A DNA stretch of 64,000 bases from Polyangiales bacterium. Lineage in GTDB: Bacteria > Myxococcota_A > Polyangia > Polyangiales > Houyiibacteriaceae. Position 1 is the stretch's first letter; each line of letters opens with the position of its first letter. Positions 1 to 9,119 of this stretch are shown here, piece by piece. The notes under the pieces were generated by a model. It saw only the letters and a program-made list of their open reading frames with translations, ran no database searches and was not told the origin of the DNA. The stretch lies in the NCBI GenBank assembly GCA_045106895.1, contig JBGCFM010000001.1, positions 1 through 64,000 of the forward strand, in the 5' to 3' direction. The position numbers and the translations under genes were made by a program.

Positions 1-170
1 GGCCGAGCACGAGCGAGCTCGTCGACTGGATCACCGTGCTTCGCGCTGCGGGCATCGCGGATGTCACTCTTGACTCCAACCTGCCTTTCCTTGGAGCCCT
101 CATCAAGAAGGAACAGGACCTCGTCGCATTGGCGGATCAACTGGCCGGCGGGCGACGCTGGCGGTCGTAG
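1..170 (+). CDS. MoxR-family AAA+ ATPase, C-terminal fragment (truncated by window edge)
   Basis: Frame from nt 3 reads PSTSELVDWITVL...LPFLGALIKKEQDL..., stop TAG 168-170. This is the typical C-terminus of MoxR ATPases paired with VWA proteins. Not in the ORF track. Confidence 0.8.
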   Translation, partial: PSTSELVDWITVLRAAGIADVTLDSNLPFLGALIKKEQDLVALADQLAGGRRWRS

Positions 171-174
171 GGCC

Positions 175-1359
175 GTGTTCGTTCCATTCCTCTACGCGCT
201 GAGAGAGCGCGGCGTTCCCGTCGGCACGACAGAAGCCGTCACATTGGCGCGTGCCCTCCGCGAGGGTCTGCACGACAACAGCCTCGACGGCTTCTATCAC
301 TTGGCGCGATGCCTCTTCGTGAAGAGTGAGGGTCATCTCGACGACTTTGATCAGGCCTTCCTAAAAATCTTCAAAGGCGTCGAAATCGAAGCAAAGAAGA
401 TTCAGGACGAACTTCTGGATTGGCTTCGCGAAGCCAAGGAGCGCGGCGCCGACCTGACTCCAGAGGAGCTTGAGCTCCTGGAGAAGCTCGACCCCGAGGA
501 GCTCGAACGTATGTTCAATGAGCGCCTCAACGAACAGACCGAACGCCACGATGGTGGCAACAAGTGGATCGGCACAGCGGGCACATCGCCCTTTGGTCAT
601 TCCGGCAAAGCCAAACGCGCGGGCATCCGCGTCGGCGGCCCTGGCGGTCGCCGCGGCGCCATCAAGAGCGCTGATGCGCGCCTCTACAAGGGATACCGTC
701 AGGACCTGACCCTCGACGTACGGCAGATGCAGGTCGCCATGCGCAAGCTGCGAAGCTACGCACGTCACGGCGGCGAGGAGGAACTCGACCTCGAAGAGAC
801 GATTCGCAAGACGGCTCAGGCGGCCGGAGAGCTCGAAGTGGTCGTGCGCCCCCCCCGCCGGCCGAACACGCGGGTCATCCTCATGATGGATGTCGGCGGT
901 TCGATGGACCCCTTCGCCCATCTCTGCTCGCGAATGTTCTCCGCAGCCAAGAAGTCCACGCACTTCAAAGAGCTTCGAACTTACTACTTCCACAACTGCG
1001 TCTACGGCCGCGTGTACGAGACCGAGCGCTTCACGGACCCTGTCCGCCTCACGGACCTCTTCCACGACGTAGGAAGCCACTACAAGCTCATCATGGTCGG
1101 TGACGCGCTGATGGCGCCCTACGAGCTCATGAGCCCAGGCGGAGCTCCCACCGAGGACGGAGAGCGCGTCGAAGGTGCTGTCTGGCTCATGCGCTTACAG
1201 AAGCACTTCCGTAAGTCCATCTGGCTCAACCCGGAGCCCCAACGTTACTGGGGCGGCAACACCATCGAGCAGATTCGAAGCGTCTTCGACATGTTTCCGC
1301 TAACCCTCGAAGGACTTGGCGAAGGCATGTCGCATTTGATGCGCGGCGGCAGCCAGTAG
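175..1359 (+). CDS. VWA domain protein (CoxE-like partner of MoxR ATPase)
   Basis: GTG at 175 just after the MoxR stop. Motifs RHDGGNKWIGTAGTSPFG, LMMDVGGSMDP (MIDAS-like), YYFHNCVY, VGDALMAPYEL, IWLNPEP. Confidence 0.85.
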   Translation: MFVPFLYALRERGVPVGTTEAVTLARALREGLHDNSLDGFYHLARCLFVKSEGHLDDFDQAFLKIFKGVEIEAKKIQDELLDWLREAKERGADLTPEELELLEKLDPEELERMFNERLNEQTERHDGGNKWIGTAGTSPFGHSGKAKRAGIRVGGPGGRRGAIKSADARLYKGYRQDLTLDVRQMQVAMRKLRSYARHGGEEELDLEETIRKTAQAAGELEVVVRPPRRPNTRVILMMDVGGSMDPFAHLCSRMFSAAKKSTHFKELRTYYFHNCVYGRVYETERFTDPVRLTDLFHDVGSHYKLIMVGDALMAPYELMSPGGAPTEDGERVEGAVWLMRLQKHFRKSIWLNPEPQRYWGGNTIEQIRSVFDMFPLTLEGLGEGMSHLMRGGSQ

Positions 1360-1380
1360 GCGCAAGCTCGCTTCAGACGG

Positions 1381-1420
1381 AAAGAAAAAGGCGCCCCAGC
1401 TTTCGCTGGAGCGCCTCGTT
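1381..1420 (-). terminator. Rho-independent terminator between convergent genes
   Basis: Hairpin AGGCGCCCCAGC-TTTC-GCTGGAGCGCCT preceded on + by AAAGAAAA, which is a U-tract on the minus strand. Confidence 0.7.
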
Positions 1421-1437
1421 TCTACATGACCTGGATC

Positions 1438-4224
1438 CTAGTCCAACGTTACCGTCAGGACCCAGTCGCCCGTGTCCGCAGGGTCGTAGGTCGACATGAC
1501 GATGTCGATGACCTGCGCAGGTGTTGCGTCCACGGAGACCTGACTTCCGGACGTACCCCCAAAGTCATCGCCACCGTCAAGGCAGCCGACCAGAGGCATC
1601 GTGGAGTCGAATGGGTTGTCGTAAGCGTGGAGGAATCCATCGACGCGGGTCCAAGCCACGGTGAACTGCAACGTTGCGTCTGCGGCGCCGTTCCAAGTGA
1701 AGGTCTCAACGTCCTGGTAGACACCTGTCTCTCCGCCGCTCGCGGTGCAGCCACTGCCGTTTCGGTCGTAAAGGTCTTCGGTGCCGTCGAGGGAGCCGGA
1801 GAAGACGGCGGTTCGGCAGTCAGCTTCGCAGCCATCGGCTGGGTCCGTGTTGCCGTCGTCGCAGACCTCACCAAGTTCGACCATGCTGTTGCCACAAACG
1901 GACATCTCGCACATGGAAGGCTCGTCGATGCAGGCGAAGTCGGCCTCGATGGTGCACACGTCGGAGCAGCCGTCACCGTTGGCGTTGCCGCCATCATCAC
2001 AGACCTCGGCATCGTCGATGGATCCGTCGCCGCAGTCAGCGTAGTCCGACTCAAGGACGTCCACGCGGAACATGTTGTCAGGAGCTGTTGGCTGACCGAA
2101 GAAGCTGCTGACCACGATGGTGATCGAGCCGCCGGCTGGGACAGGGAAGCCCGAAATGAAGCTCGCGCCTGCGTCATTGAAGTCGTCATTCGCCACAATG
2201 CAACCGCTGGTCGGGTCCGCTGGGTCGACAGCACCACTGAAGATGTAGAGGAACCCGTCGTAGTTGTACGTCGCCGAAACGTCGACAAACTGGCCAGCGG
2301 CTGTCGAGTTCGTGTAGGTGACGGCTTCGAAACGATTGGCCTGGCTGCTCGTTCCGCAAGTCGAACCCGGACGGGTCCACTCGGTGTCGGTGTCTTCGAT
2401 TTCGCCCATGAAGGACTCCAGCGCCGAGACACAGATGGAAGGCTCGTCGTAGCAGCCGAAGCCAGCTTCGATCTCGCACGTGGCCGAACAGCCGTCGCCG
2501 GCGTCCGTGTTGCCATCGTCGCACTCGTCGTCGCCGTTGAGTTCGTCGTCACCGCAGCTCAGCACGCAGGCGCTGAGACCGGCGGTCTCTTCGCAAACGT
2601 AGCCAGCTTCGACGGTGCAGGTGGCGGAGCAGCCGTCACCAGCGTCCGTGCCAGCGTCGTCGCACTCGTCTTCGCCGTCGACGGTTCCGTTGCCGCAGCT
2701 GATTTCGCAGATGCTGAGACCGGCTCCATCTTCTTCGCAAACGTAGCCTTCTTCGATGGTGCAAGTGGCGGAGCAGCCGTCGGCAGCGTCCGTGTTACCG
2801 TCATCGCACTCGTCTTCGCCGTTGACTTCGCTGTCGCCGCAGGAAAGCGCGCAGGTGCTGAGACCCGCTCCGTCTTCGTCGCAGACGTAGCCGTCTTCGA
2901 TCTGACAGAAGTCCGAGCAGCCGTCGCCGGCCGTCGCGTTCCCGTCGTCGCACTGGTCGTCGCCGTCGATGACGCTGTTGCCACAGGTGAACACGCAGGT
3001 GCTGAGCCCTGCAGCATCTTCGGTGCACTCGTAACCGCGTTCAATCTGGCAAAGAGCGTCGCAACCGTCGGCGGCGTCCGCGTTGCCGTCGTCGCACTGC
3101 TCAGGGCCAGCGATCATCGAGTCGCCACACGTCGCAATTTCGCACTCAACCGTCAAAGCGAACGCAGAGGTCCGATCATCTGGTGTGCCGAATGCGTCAT
3201 AGACGATGTAGTTCGTCCCTCCGGGGAGGTAGTTGAATGTGACAGTCTCCGTGGCCGTCGTTCCAGTGCTTCCGACACATGTGGAGTCTTCTCCACAGGT
3301 GGTGCCTTCGCCGCCCTCAAGAGCGAAAAGGTCCATATCGAAGGTGGACGCTTCGTCGCGCACAGCCGTAATTGTGACCACTGCACTCTGCGCGTCGCCG
3401 AATGTGTAAACGGCTTCGGCTGAGTTGTAAGGACCGAACGAGCTGCACGAGTACTCAGCGATGTCCGAAGATCCACCCTCCGTGGTACCCATGATGGTGC
3501 CGCTCGCGCAGTCGAGGACGAGCCCGCTCACCGTGGCTGGCGGACAAGACGTTGGAACACACGCGATTGGGTCGACGCTGTCGTCGCACATCGCGCCTTC
3601 GCCGGCACATTCCGTGGCGGTGTTCACAAGGCAGCCGGCTGCATCGGGAGCGCACACGTTGAGCGTGTCACCGTCGCAGGTGCGACCTTCGGTGTCGCAG
3701 TCGGAGATGCCGTCACAGGCGTCAACGCACATGGCCATGGCGCCGGAGTCATCGCAGACGGTTCCGTCGCCAGCGCAGTCGGTGTCGGTGGTCACAAGGC
3801 AGCCCATCGCGTCGAGGGCGCAAACCGTCAGCGTGTCGCCGTCACAGCTACGTGCTTCGGTGTCGCAGTTCGTCACGCCCATGCATGGGTCGCTGGAACA
3901 CATAGCCACAGCGCCGGAGTCGTCGCAGGTGCCGCCGTCGGCGGAGCAGTCGGCCTCGGTGGTGACGAGACAACCCGTGGCGTTCTCCGCGCAGGTCGTG
4001 AGCGTGTCGCCGTCGCAGCTCGTGCCCTCAGTGCCGCAGCGGTCCTCTGGCGCCACACCCATGCACGGGTCGCCGGCGTCGATGGTGGGCACGTCGAGCA
4101 TTGGCACGTCAGCCATTCCAGCGTCCGGTGTTCCACCGTCGAATGTTGGCAAAGTGTCGTCGTCGCCACACGCGACTCCGAAAACCAAGCTGCTCATGAT
4201 GAGTAGCTTCATACATCTATTCAT
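1438..4224 (-). CDS. Large cysteine-rich lipoprotein with Myxococcus Cys-rich (DUF4215-like) repeats and beta-sandwich domains
   Basis: ATG 4224 with GGAAGGGG RBS; lipobox FGVAC; repeated CGD..I...E.CDDGN....DGCS..C..E.G units; three N-terminal CDGDTL..CA....GCLV units. Confidence 0.85.
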   Translation of the reverse strand: MNRCMKLLIMSSLVFGVACGDDDTLPTFDGGTPDAGMADVPMLDVPTIDAGDPCMGVAPEDRCGTEGTSCDGDTLTTCAENATGCLVTTEADCSADGGTCDDSGAVAMCSSDPCMGVTNCDTEARSCDGDTLTVCALDAMGCLVTTDTDCAGDGTVCDDSGAMAMCVDACDGISDCDTEGRTCDGDTLNVCAPDAAGCLVNTATECAGEGAMCDDSVDPIACVPTSCPPATVSGLVLDCASGTIMGTTEGGSSDIAEYSCSSFGPYNSAEAVYTFGDAQSAVVTITAVRDEASTFDMDLFALEGGEGTTCGEDSTCVGSTGTTATETVTFNYLPGGTNYIVYDAFGTPDDRTSAFALTVECEIATCGDSMIAGPEQCDDGNADAADGCDALCQIERGYECTEDAAGLSTCVFTCGNSVIDGDDQCDDGNATAGDGCSDFCQIEDGYVCDEDGAGLSTCALSCGDSEVNGEDECDDGNTDAADGCSATCTIEEGYVCEEDGAGLSICEISCGNGTVDGEDECDDAGTDAGDGCSATCTVEAGYVCEETAGLSACVLSCGDDELNGDDECDDGNTDAGDGCSATCEIEAGFGCYDEPSICVSALESFMGEIEDTDTEWTRPGSTCGTSSQANRFEAVTYTNSTAAGQFVDVSATYNYDGFLYIFSGAVDPADPTSGCIVANDDFNDAGASFISGFPVPAGGSITIVVSSFFGQPTAPDNMFRVDVLESDYADCGDGSIDDAEVCDDGGNANGDGCSDVCTIEADFACIDEPSMCEMSVCGNSMVELGEVCDDGNTDPADGCEADCRTAVFSGSLDGTEDLYDRNGSGCTASGGETGVYQDVETFTWNGAADATLQFTVAWTRVDGFLHAYDNPFDSTMPLVGCLDGGDDFGGTSGSQVSVDATPAQVIDIVMSTYDPADTGDWVLTVTLD
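2460..3130 (-). repeat. Intragenic tandem repeat, 141-144 bp unit (about 5 copies)
   Basis: GCTGAG anchors at 2572, 2713, 2857 and 3001 (spacing 141/144/144) encode 47-48 aa Cys-rich units. Confidence 0.85.
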
Positions 4225-4499
4225 TTGATCCCCTTCCAAAAGGCAATTGAAGCCCCTGTACCCAAGGACTCGGATGTTGTCACGCCCCACAGATGGGTGA
4301 GTCGTCGACAAAATGTCAGCTGACCAGGACCGATATAGGCAAAATCTACCGATTTCTTGCCAAATCGACCTGGGCCTGAGCCGTGAGATTAGCACGGATA
4401 TCCACATGATTCTCCACGAGGCGGATAATGGGGGCGAACTAGACGGATCGTGTCGCAGCGATAGCGGCGACGTTGGATGCCTGCTAGTTCCGGCCCGAT

Positions 4500-5753
4500 A
4501 TGAAGATTCGATCCGTCAAAGGCATGAACGATATTCTCCCAGGTGACTCGGCCAAATGGCACCACCTCGAGAGCACGTTTCGGAACGTCGTGGGACGCTA
4601 TGGCTTTGGGGAAGCGCGCACTCCCATCGTTGAGCCCACCGCCCTGTTCACACGCTCCATTGGCGACGCGACGGACATCGTCGAAAAGGAGATGTACACG
4701 TTTGAGGACAAGGGCGAGAAGAGTCTCACGCTGCGACCCGAAGGAACCGCCAGCTGCGCACGCGCCTACCTTCAGCACAACGTTCAGGGGCAGGAGCCGG
4801 TGTCGAAGTGGTTCTACCTCGGCCCGATGTATCGCCGCGAACGCCCCGCAAAAGGAAGGTACCGCCAGTTCTTCCAGGCCGGGTGTGAGATCTACGGTGA
4901 CGCCGGTCCCTACGTCGACGCCGAGCTCATCGACCTCATCACGCTGTTCATGGGTGAGCTTGGAATCGGTGACGTTCGCGTACTCGTCAACAGTCTTGGG
5001 TCAGGCGACACCCGCGTCCGATACAAAGAAGCGCTGCTTAGCTACCTTCGACCGAAGGCGAGCGAACTCTCCGAGGACAGCCAACGGCGCCTAGAGCGCA
5101 ACCCCCTTCGAGTCCTCGATAGCAAGGCTCCGCAGGACCGTGAGATCGCCGAAGGCGCGCCGAAGATCCTGGACTACCTCTCGGAAGAGGACGATGCACA
5201 CTTCAAGGGGCTGCTCTCGACATTGGATGCCCTCGGCACTCCCTACGAGGTTGCCCCGCGGCTCGTACGCGGGCTGGACTACTACACCCGAACTCTCTTT
5301 GAGATCAAAGGAGGCAACGCGGATCTCGGCAGCCAAGACACTCTCTGCGGCGGCGGGCGTTACGACGGGATGATCGAACAGCTCGGCGGAAAACCGACTC
5401 CCGCCGTGGGCTTCGCGATGGGGATCGAGCGCCTCCTGCTCTCGATGCCAGACAGCAAGGCAAACTCGAACCTCGACGCGTTCCTCATCGTTGGAAAAGG
5501 CCAGGAGACTCCAGCCGTCAAGGCGGCACACGTCCTCCGACAGTCGGGCGTCCGCGTCGACGTCGATCTCCGTGGCGGGTCCTTCAAGAGTCAGTTTCGC
5601 CGAGCCGACAAGAGTGGCGCTCGCTTCGCGCTTGTTCTAGGCGACTCTGAGGCAAGCGCAGGGACTCTCACGGTCAAGGAGCTCGCGACGGGCACACAAG
5701 AGACGCTATCCCTGGCAGACATCGCCGCACGTATTTCTGGCGCAACCGCCTAG
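4500..5753 (+). CDS. hisS: Histidine--tRNA ligase
   Basis: VKGMND, DIVEKEMYTF, LRPEGTA, RRERPAKGRYRQF, LVRGLDYY, GGGRYDG; C-terminal anticodon domain. Confidence 0.98.
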   Translation: MKIRSVKGMNDILPGDSAKWHHLESTFRNVVGRYGFGEARTPIVEPTALFTRSIGDATDIVEKEMYTFEDKGEKSLTLRPEGTASCARAYLQHNVQGQEPVSKWFYLGPMYRRERPAKGRYRQFFQAGCEIYGDAGPYVDAELIDLITLFMGELGIGDVRVLVNSLGSGDTRVRYKEALLSYLRPKASELSEDSQRRLERNPLRVLDSKAPQDREIAEGAPKILDYLSEEDDAHFKGLLSTLDALGTPYEVAPRLVRGLDYYTRTLFEIKGGNADLGSQDTLCGGGRYDGMIEQLGGKPTPAVGFAMGIERLLLSMPDSKANSNLDAFLIVGKGQETPAVKAAHVLRQSGVRVDVDLRGGSFKSQFRRADKSGARFALVLGDSEASAGTLTVKELATGTQETLSLADIAARISGATA

Positions 5754-5799
5754 CGCGTCACTGGCACCTAGTCCCGCGGCTCCTGCTAGACTCCGGCCC

Positions 5800-6276
5800 A
5801 TGGCAAATCTGAGTGATCTCGAAGCGGCTCTCGAGCCCATCCTGCAGCACCTCGCGACGTTTGACGTCGGCATGGAGAACGCCGCCGCGAAGCTCGAAGA
5901 GCGGTTTCCATTCGGGGGCGATGAGGTCCAAAGCGTTCGTGCGATCGTCCGAGAAGGCGTCGACGCCGGGTGGCTTGCGCCACGCGAGGACGGCGGCATT
6001 CGTTTCGGCCGTTTGCGAAAAGCCGCCGGCCCTGCCGACCTTTCCGTGGACTGCGTTCATATGAGCAAGCCCGGCCCAGGACACACTCACCCAAACGGCG
6101 AGGTGGACCTTTGCTTCCGCGTTGATGGCTCCCCGACCTTCGATGGACAGGACGAGGGGTGGGTTGTCTACCCGGCGAACTCTTGGCACGTCCCCACCGT
6201 CGCAGAGGGCGTGATGGACATCCTGTACTTCTTGCCCGGCGGCGCGATCCGTTTCGAGCCAAAACCATCGAACTAG
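5800..6276 (+). CDS. DUF4863 family protein (4-hydroxylaminobenzoate lyase-like)
   Basis: GPGHTHPNGEVDLCF, FDG...GWVVYPANSWHVPTV, LYFLPGGAI. Confidence 0.75.
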   Translation: MANLSDLEAALEPILQHLATFDVGMENAAAKLEERFPFGGDEVQSVRAIVREGVDAGWLAPREDGGIRFGRLRKAAGPADLSVDCVHMSKPGPGHTHPNGEVDLCFRVDGSPTFDGQDEGWVVYPANSWHVPTVAEGVMDILYFLPGGAIRFEPKPSN

Positions 6277-6280
6277 CGCC

Positions 6281-7312
6281 TCAACGGCACGCGACGATTC
6301 TGTCTTCGTAGGACTCTCCCCGCACGCAAAGCGACGGACGGCCCGGTGGCTCCAGCAAGTCGCTCCGTTGGGCCCTCCCGAGCGTTCCGCATGGCGGGTC
6401 GCTCGCTCTAAACGGTTCGCCGAGCCCCAGCCAGCAGGCACCGCCGCGACAAGAAGCACAGGGCTCATGGAGCCGCTCTTCCCGGCCGTTGCAGTCGAAG
6501 TCAAAGTCGATGGACGCGTCCGTGACGCCGCGAATAGGGGTCGTGAACCGCAGCGTGGCGTCCGGGTTTGCGCGAGAGTCTTCGTCGGCGCAGTCGCCGT
6601 CCCGAAGCGCGTATCCAGCCGGCGGAAGCCCGCCCTCGTCGAGACAGATGTGCACCGCCTCGCCTGCTCCGAAGCCATCGTGGTCGGCGTCTTCGAAGAC
6701 TCGTCGCTGCGCGCCTTCGTCGACAGCCCCATCGCAGTCGTTGTCCCGCATGTCGCAAACTTCTGGAGCACCGGCGAAGCACGCGTCACAGGCGTCGTCG
6801 CAGTCGCCATCGAGAGTCACCCACGGACCTGCGCCGGCACAGGCGCCGGCGTCGCACGCCTCGCAGACGTGCTCGCCGCTTCCATACCCATCGAGGTCAG
6901 CGTCCAAGTAGAACGTCGTCGTGAGAGACTCGTCCACCCATCCATCGCAATCGTCGTCGACGGCGTTGCAAGTCTCGTTCACCCCGTTCTCACTGTCGCA
7001 GGCGAGCACACCGTCGGTGCATGCCAGGACACCGATGGTGCACACCCCGACCTCGGTTCCGCACGGCGCTCCAACATTTCTATCACTCTCATCGATGTGT
7101 CCGTCCAGGTCGTCATCGACGCCATTGCAAGACTCGATTCCGGCGTCGGCGCTCGTCGCTGAACAAACCGTCGCGCGTTCACATGCAGCGGTGGAGCACC
7201 CCACTACAAAAAGGGAACAAAGCCAGAGTACAAGACCCCGTGAGAGTGTGTTCGCAAAGGAGAGAATCGGCGCGGCGGAGGAAGACATGGACGCGCCGTC
7301 GGCCACGGACAT
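6281..7312 (-). CDS. Cys-rich lipoprotein with MopE-like putative metal-binding repeats
   Basis: Lipobox FVVGC; repeated E.CN..DDDCDG.VDE and YLDADLDGYG motifs. Start uncertain. Confidence 0.75.
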   Translation of the reverse strand: MSVADGASMSSSAAPILSFANTLSRGLVLWLCSLFVVGCSTAACERATVCSATSADAGIESCNGVDDDLDGHIDESDRNVGAPCGTEVGVCTIGVLACTDGVLACDSENGVNETCNAVDDDCDGWVDESLTTTFYLDADLDGYGSGEHVCEACDAGACAGAGPWVTLDGDCDDACDACFAGAPEVCDMRDNDCDGAVDEGAQRRVFEDADHDGFGAGEAVHICLDEGGLPPAGYALRDGDCADEDSRANPDATLRFTTPIRGVTDASIDFDFDCNGREERLHEPCASCRGGACWLGLGEPFRASDPPCGTLGRAQRSDLLEPPGRPSLCVRGESYEDRIVACR

Positions 7313-7429
7313 TGCTCAGTTGCGTGCCCACGCAACTATCTCCGATGCCGGCCGATTGCCGCGCCGATCATGCCCCACACCCTGCTCATCCGACTTGCCC
7401 CCGCTCCCTATCACCCATTAGATACGCAC

Positions 7430-9115
7430 ATGTTCTGCAGTCTTCGTACCGTCCGTATCGTCCTCCTCGCCCTGTGCGTGAGCCTCGGCGTGATCCAGAG
7501 CGCTCCTGCGACTGCACAATCGACCACCGGCTGGGTCCTGCTTCCCGTCACGTCGGAAGGGGACGCCGCGGCGCTCGCGACGGAAATTCGTCAGGCACTC
7601 GTAGACGCCGGGGCCCCAGTCATCGACGACGATGGCGCGACCCTCGCGTTCGAACAGAGCGTATCCGCTCCAGTACAAAGCCTCAGCCAATCCGACATCG
7701 ACGCCTGGGCAGAGCGCTCGCGCAACGCCTTGCAGGCGCTTGCACGCGCCGACTACGACACCGCCCGCGAAGAGCTCCTCGAAGCTCAGAGGGTGGCTCA
7801 ACGCGCGGCGGACGAACTCAACCGCGAAGCCGAGCGCGCGCGGCAAGTCCTCGACACGTGCTTGTTCATGGCACGAGCTTTCCTTGAAACGGGGGAACGG
7901 CACCAGGCCGACCGACAGGTTCGGGTGTGCCGCGTGCTCGTTCCACAGGTCGAGCCACGACGTCACCGACACACGCCGGAGATTCATGAGCTCCTCGAAC
8001 GTGTGGACGCTGAGTCGTCCGGTGCCACGCTAGAACTCACCAGCAGTCCCTCGGGATGCACAGCACGCGTCAACGGCATTGCCCAAGGCGAGACCCCCTT
8101 CACGATGCAGAATGTTGCTCGCGGCGAGTATCGCGTTCAGGTCGAGTGCACCGAGGAACGAGGGCGTCTCCACCGCGTTGACGTCGGCGAAGGAGTGACC
8201 CGTGTGCATGTCGATTCGAACTTTGATTCCCGCGTTCGAAGCGCCCCGGTGGTGTCCGCTGAACCTGGATTCACCATCCCGAACGCCGCAGACATCGCGC
8301 AGATGATGCAACGAAGCGTCGTGGTCATCATGCGCGACGATGAGGCCTACCGACTGTGGCGCGTGGACCCAGATGGCAACAGCACAGAAGTTCGCTCCTC
8401 CGCCGGCAACGTCGCAGAAGCAGCCCAGGCCCTCGTCGATCGAAATTCGCTGGACCTGCGCTTTGAGAGTCCTCGGGCGATCACCGTCGATGATATCGCC
8501 GAGCCCGCGAGTGAGCGCGCTGCTGCGTCGTTGCCAAACCCGGCGACGCCACTCCCAGGTTGGCGACTCGGCGCCGGCCTCGGCGCCGTGGCCGCCGGTG
8601 GAGGACTACTCGCACTCGGCATCGTCTTCCACTTGGACCGTGCGAACATCGGAGATGCCTACGGCGACTACCGAATGACGGACAGCCCCCTCGGCTTCCA
8701 AGAGAACCAGGCGCTCTGGCTGGATAGTGCCCTCGGCCCGGCGGCGATCTCAGCGTTCGCGGGTGGTGCACTAGCAGCGGCGGGCACGGCCCTTCTCGTG
8801 CGCGAGCACCAACGTGTCCCATGGTGGGCGTGGGCCATTGGCGGAGCGGGCGTCGTGGTTGCGGGCTCTGCTCTGATCCCGGTGCTGACTCGGCCGGAGT
8901 GCATCGATGTGCTCGACCCCATCGACGGTCGCCAAGTCGGATGCATCGAAGGCGACCTGGCGGGAAGTCGCGCGACGCTCATCGCCGCTGCGTCCCTCCC
9001 GCTCATCGCGGTTCCACTCTCCGCGCTTCTCCAGAGCGGCGGAGACGCCGAACTCTCGCCGAGCGTCGAGGCAAGTGCGGGCCGGCTGATGCTCTCCCTC
9101 AGCGGCCGTTTTTAG
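7430..9115 (+). CDS. PEGA-domain secreted/membrane protein with TPR-like helices
   Basis: Signal peptide; PEGA motif LELTSSPSGCTARVNG...GETP...GEYRV; Gly-rich helices; C-terminus LSLSGRF. Confidence 0.7.
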   Translation: MFCSLRTVRIVLLALCVSLGVIQSAPATAQSTTGWVLLPVTSEGDAAALATEIRQALVDAGAPVIDDDGATLAFEQSVSAPVQSLSQSDIDAWAERSRNALQALARADYDTAREELLEAQRVAQRAADELNREAERARQVLDTCLFMARAFLETGERHQADRQVRVCRVLVPQVEPRRHRHTPEIHELLERVDAESSGATLELTSSPSGCTARVNGIAQGETPFTMQNVARGEYRVQVECTEERGRLHRVDVGEGVTRVHVDSNFDSRVRSAPVVSAEPGFTIPNAADIAQMMQRSVVVIMRDDEAYRLWRVDPDGNSTEVRSSAGNVAEAAQALVDRNSLDLRFESPRAITVDDIAEPASERAAASLPNPATPLPGWRLGAGLGAVAAGGGLLALGIVFHLDRANIGDAYGDYRMTDSPLGFQENQALWLDSALGPAAISAFAGGALAAAGTALLVREHQRVPWWAWAIGGAGVVVAGSALIPVLTRPECIDVLDPIDGRQVGCIEGDLAGSRATLIAAASLPLIAVPLSALLQSGGDAELSPSVEASAGRLMLSLSGRF

Positions 9116-9119
9116 GGCT

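Noticed and set aside
61..174. N-terminal extension of the VWA ORF
   Set aside because: Overlaps the MoxR C-terminus in another frame; the family-like sequence begins at GTG 175.
2460..3130. Repeats as a CRISPR array
   Set aside because: In-frame coding repeats with no unique spacers and no cas genes. The same applies to 47523-47726 and 30331-30374.
1426..3423. 665-aa plus-strand ORF (also 10788-12629, 14645-16228, 44064-45569 and others)
   Set aside because: Antisense shadows of well-supported genes, expected in high-GC DNA; no recognisable motifs.
4225..4499. Riboswitch or sigma54 promoter upstream of the Cys-rich lipoprotein
   Set aside because: TGGCAAG on the minus strand lacks a correctly spaced -12 GC, and I recognised no known aptamer motif.
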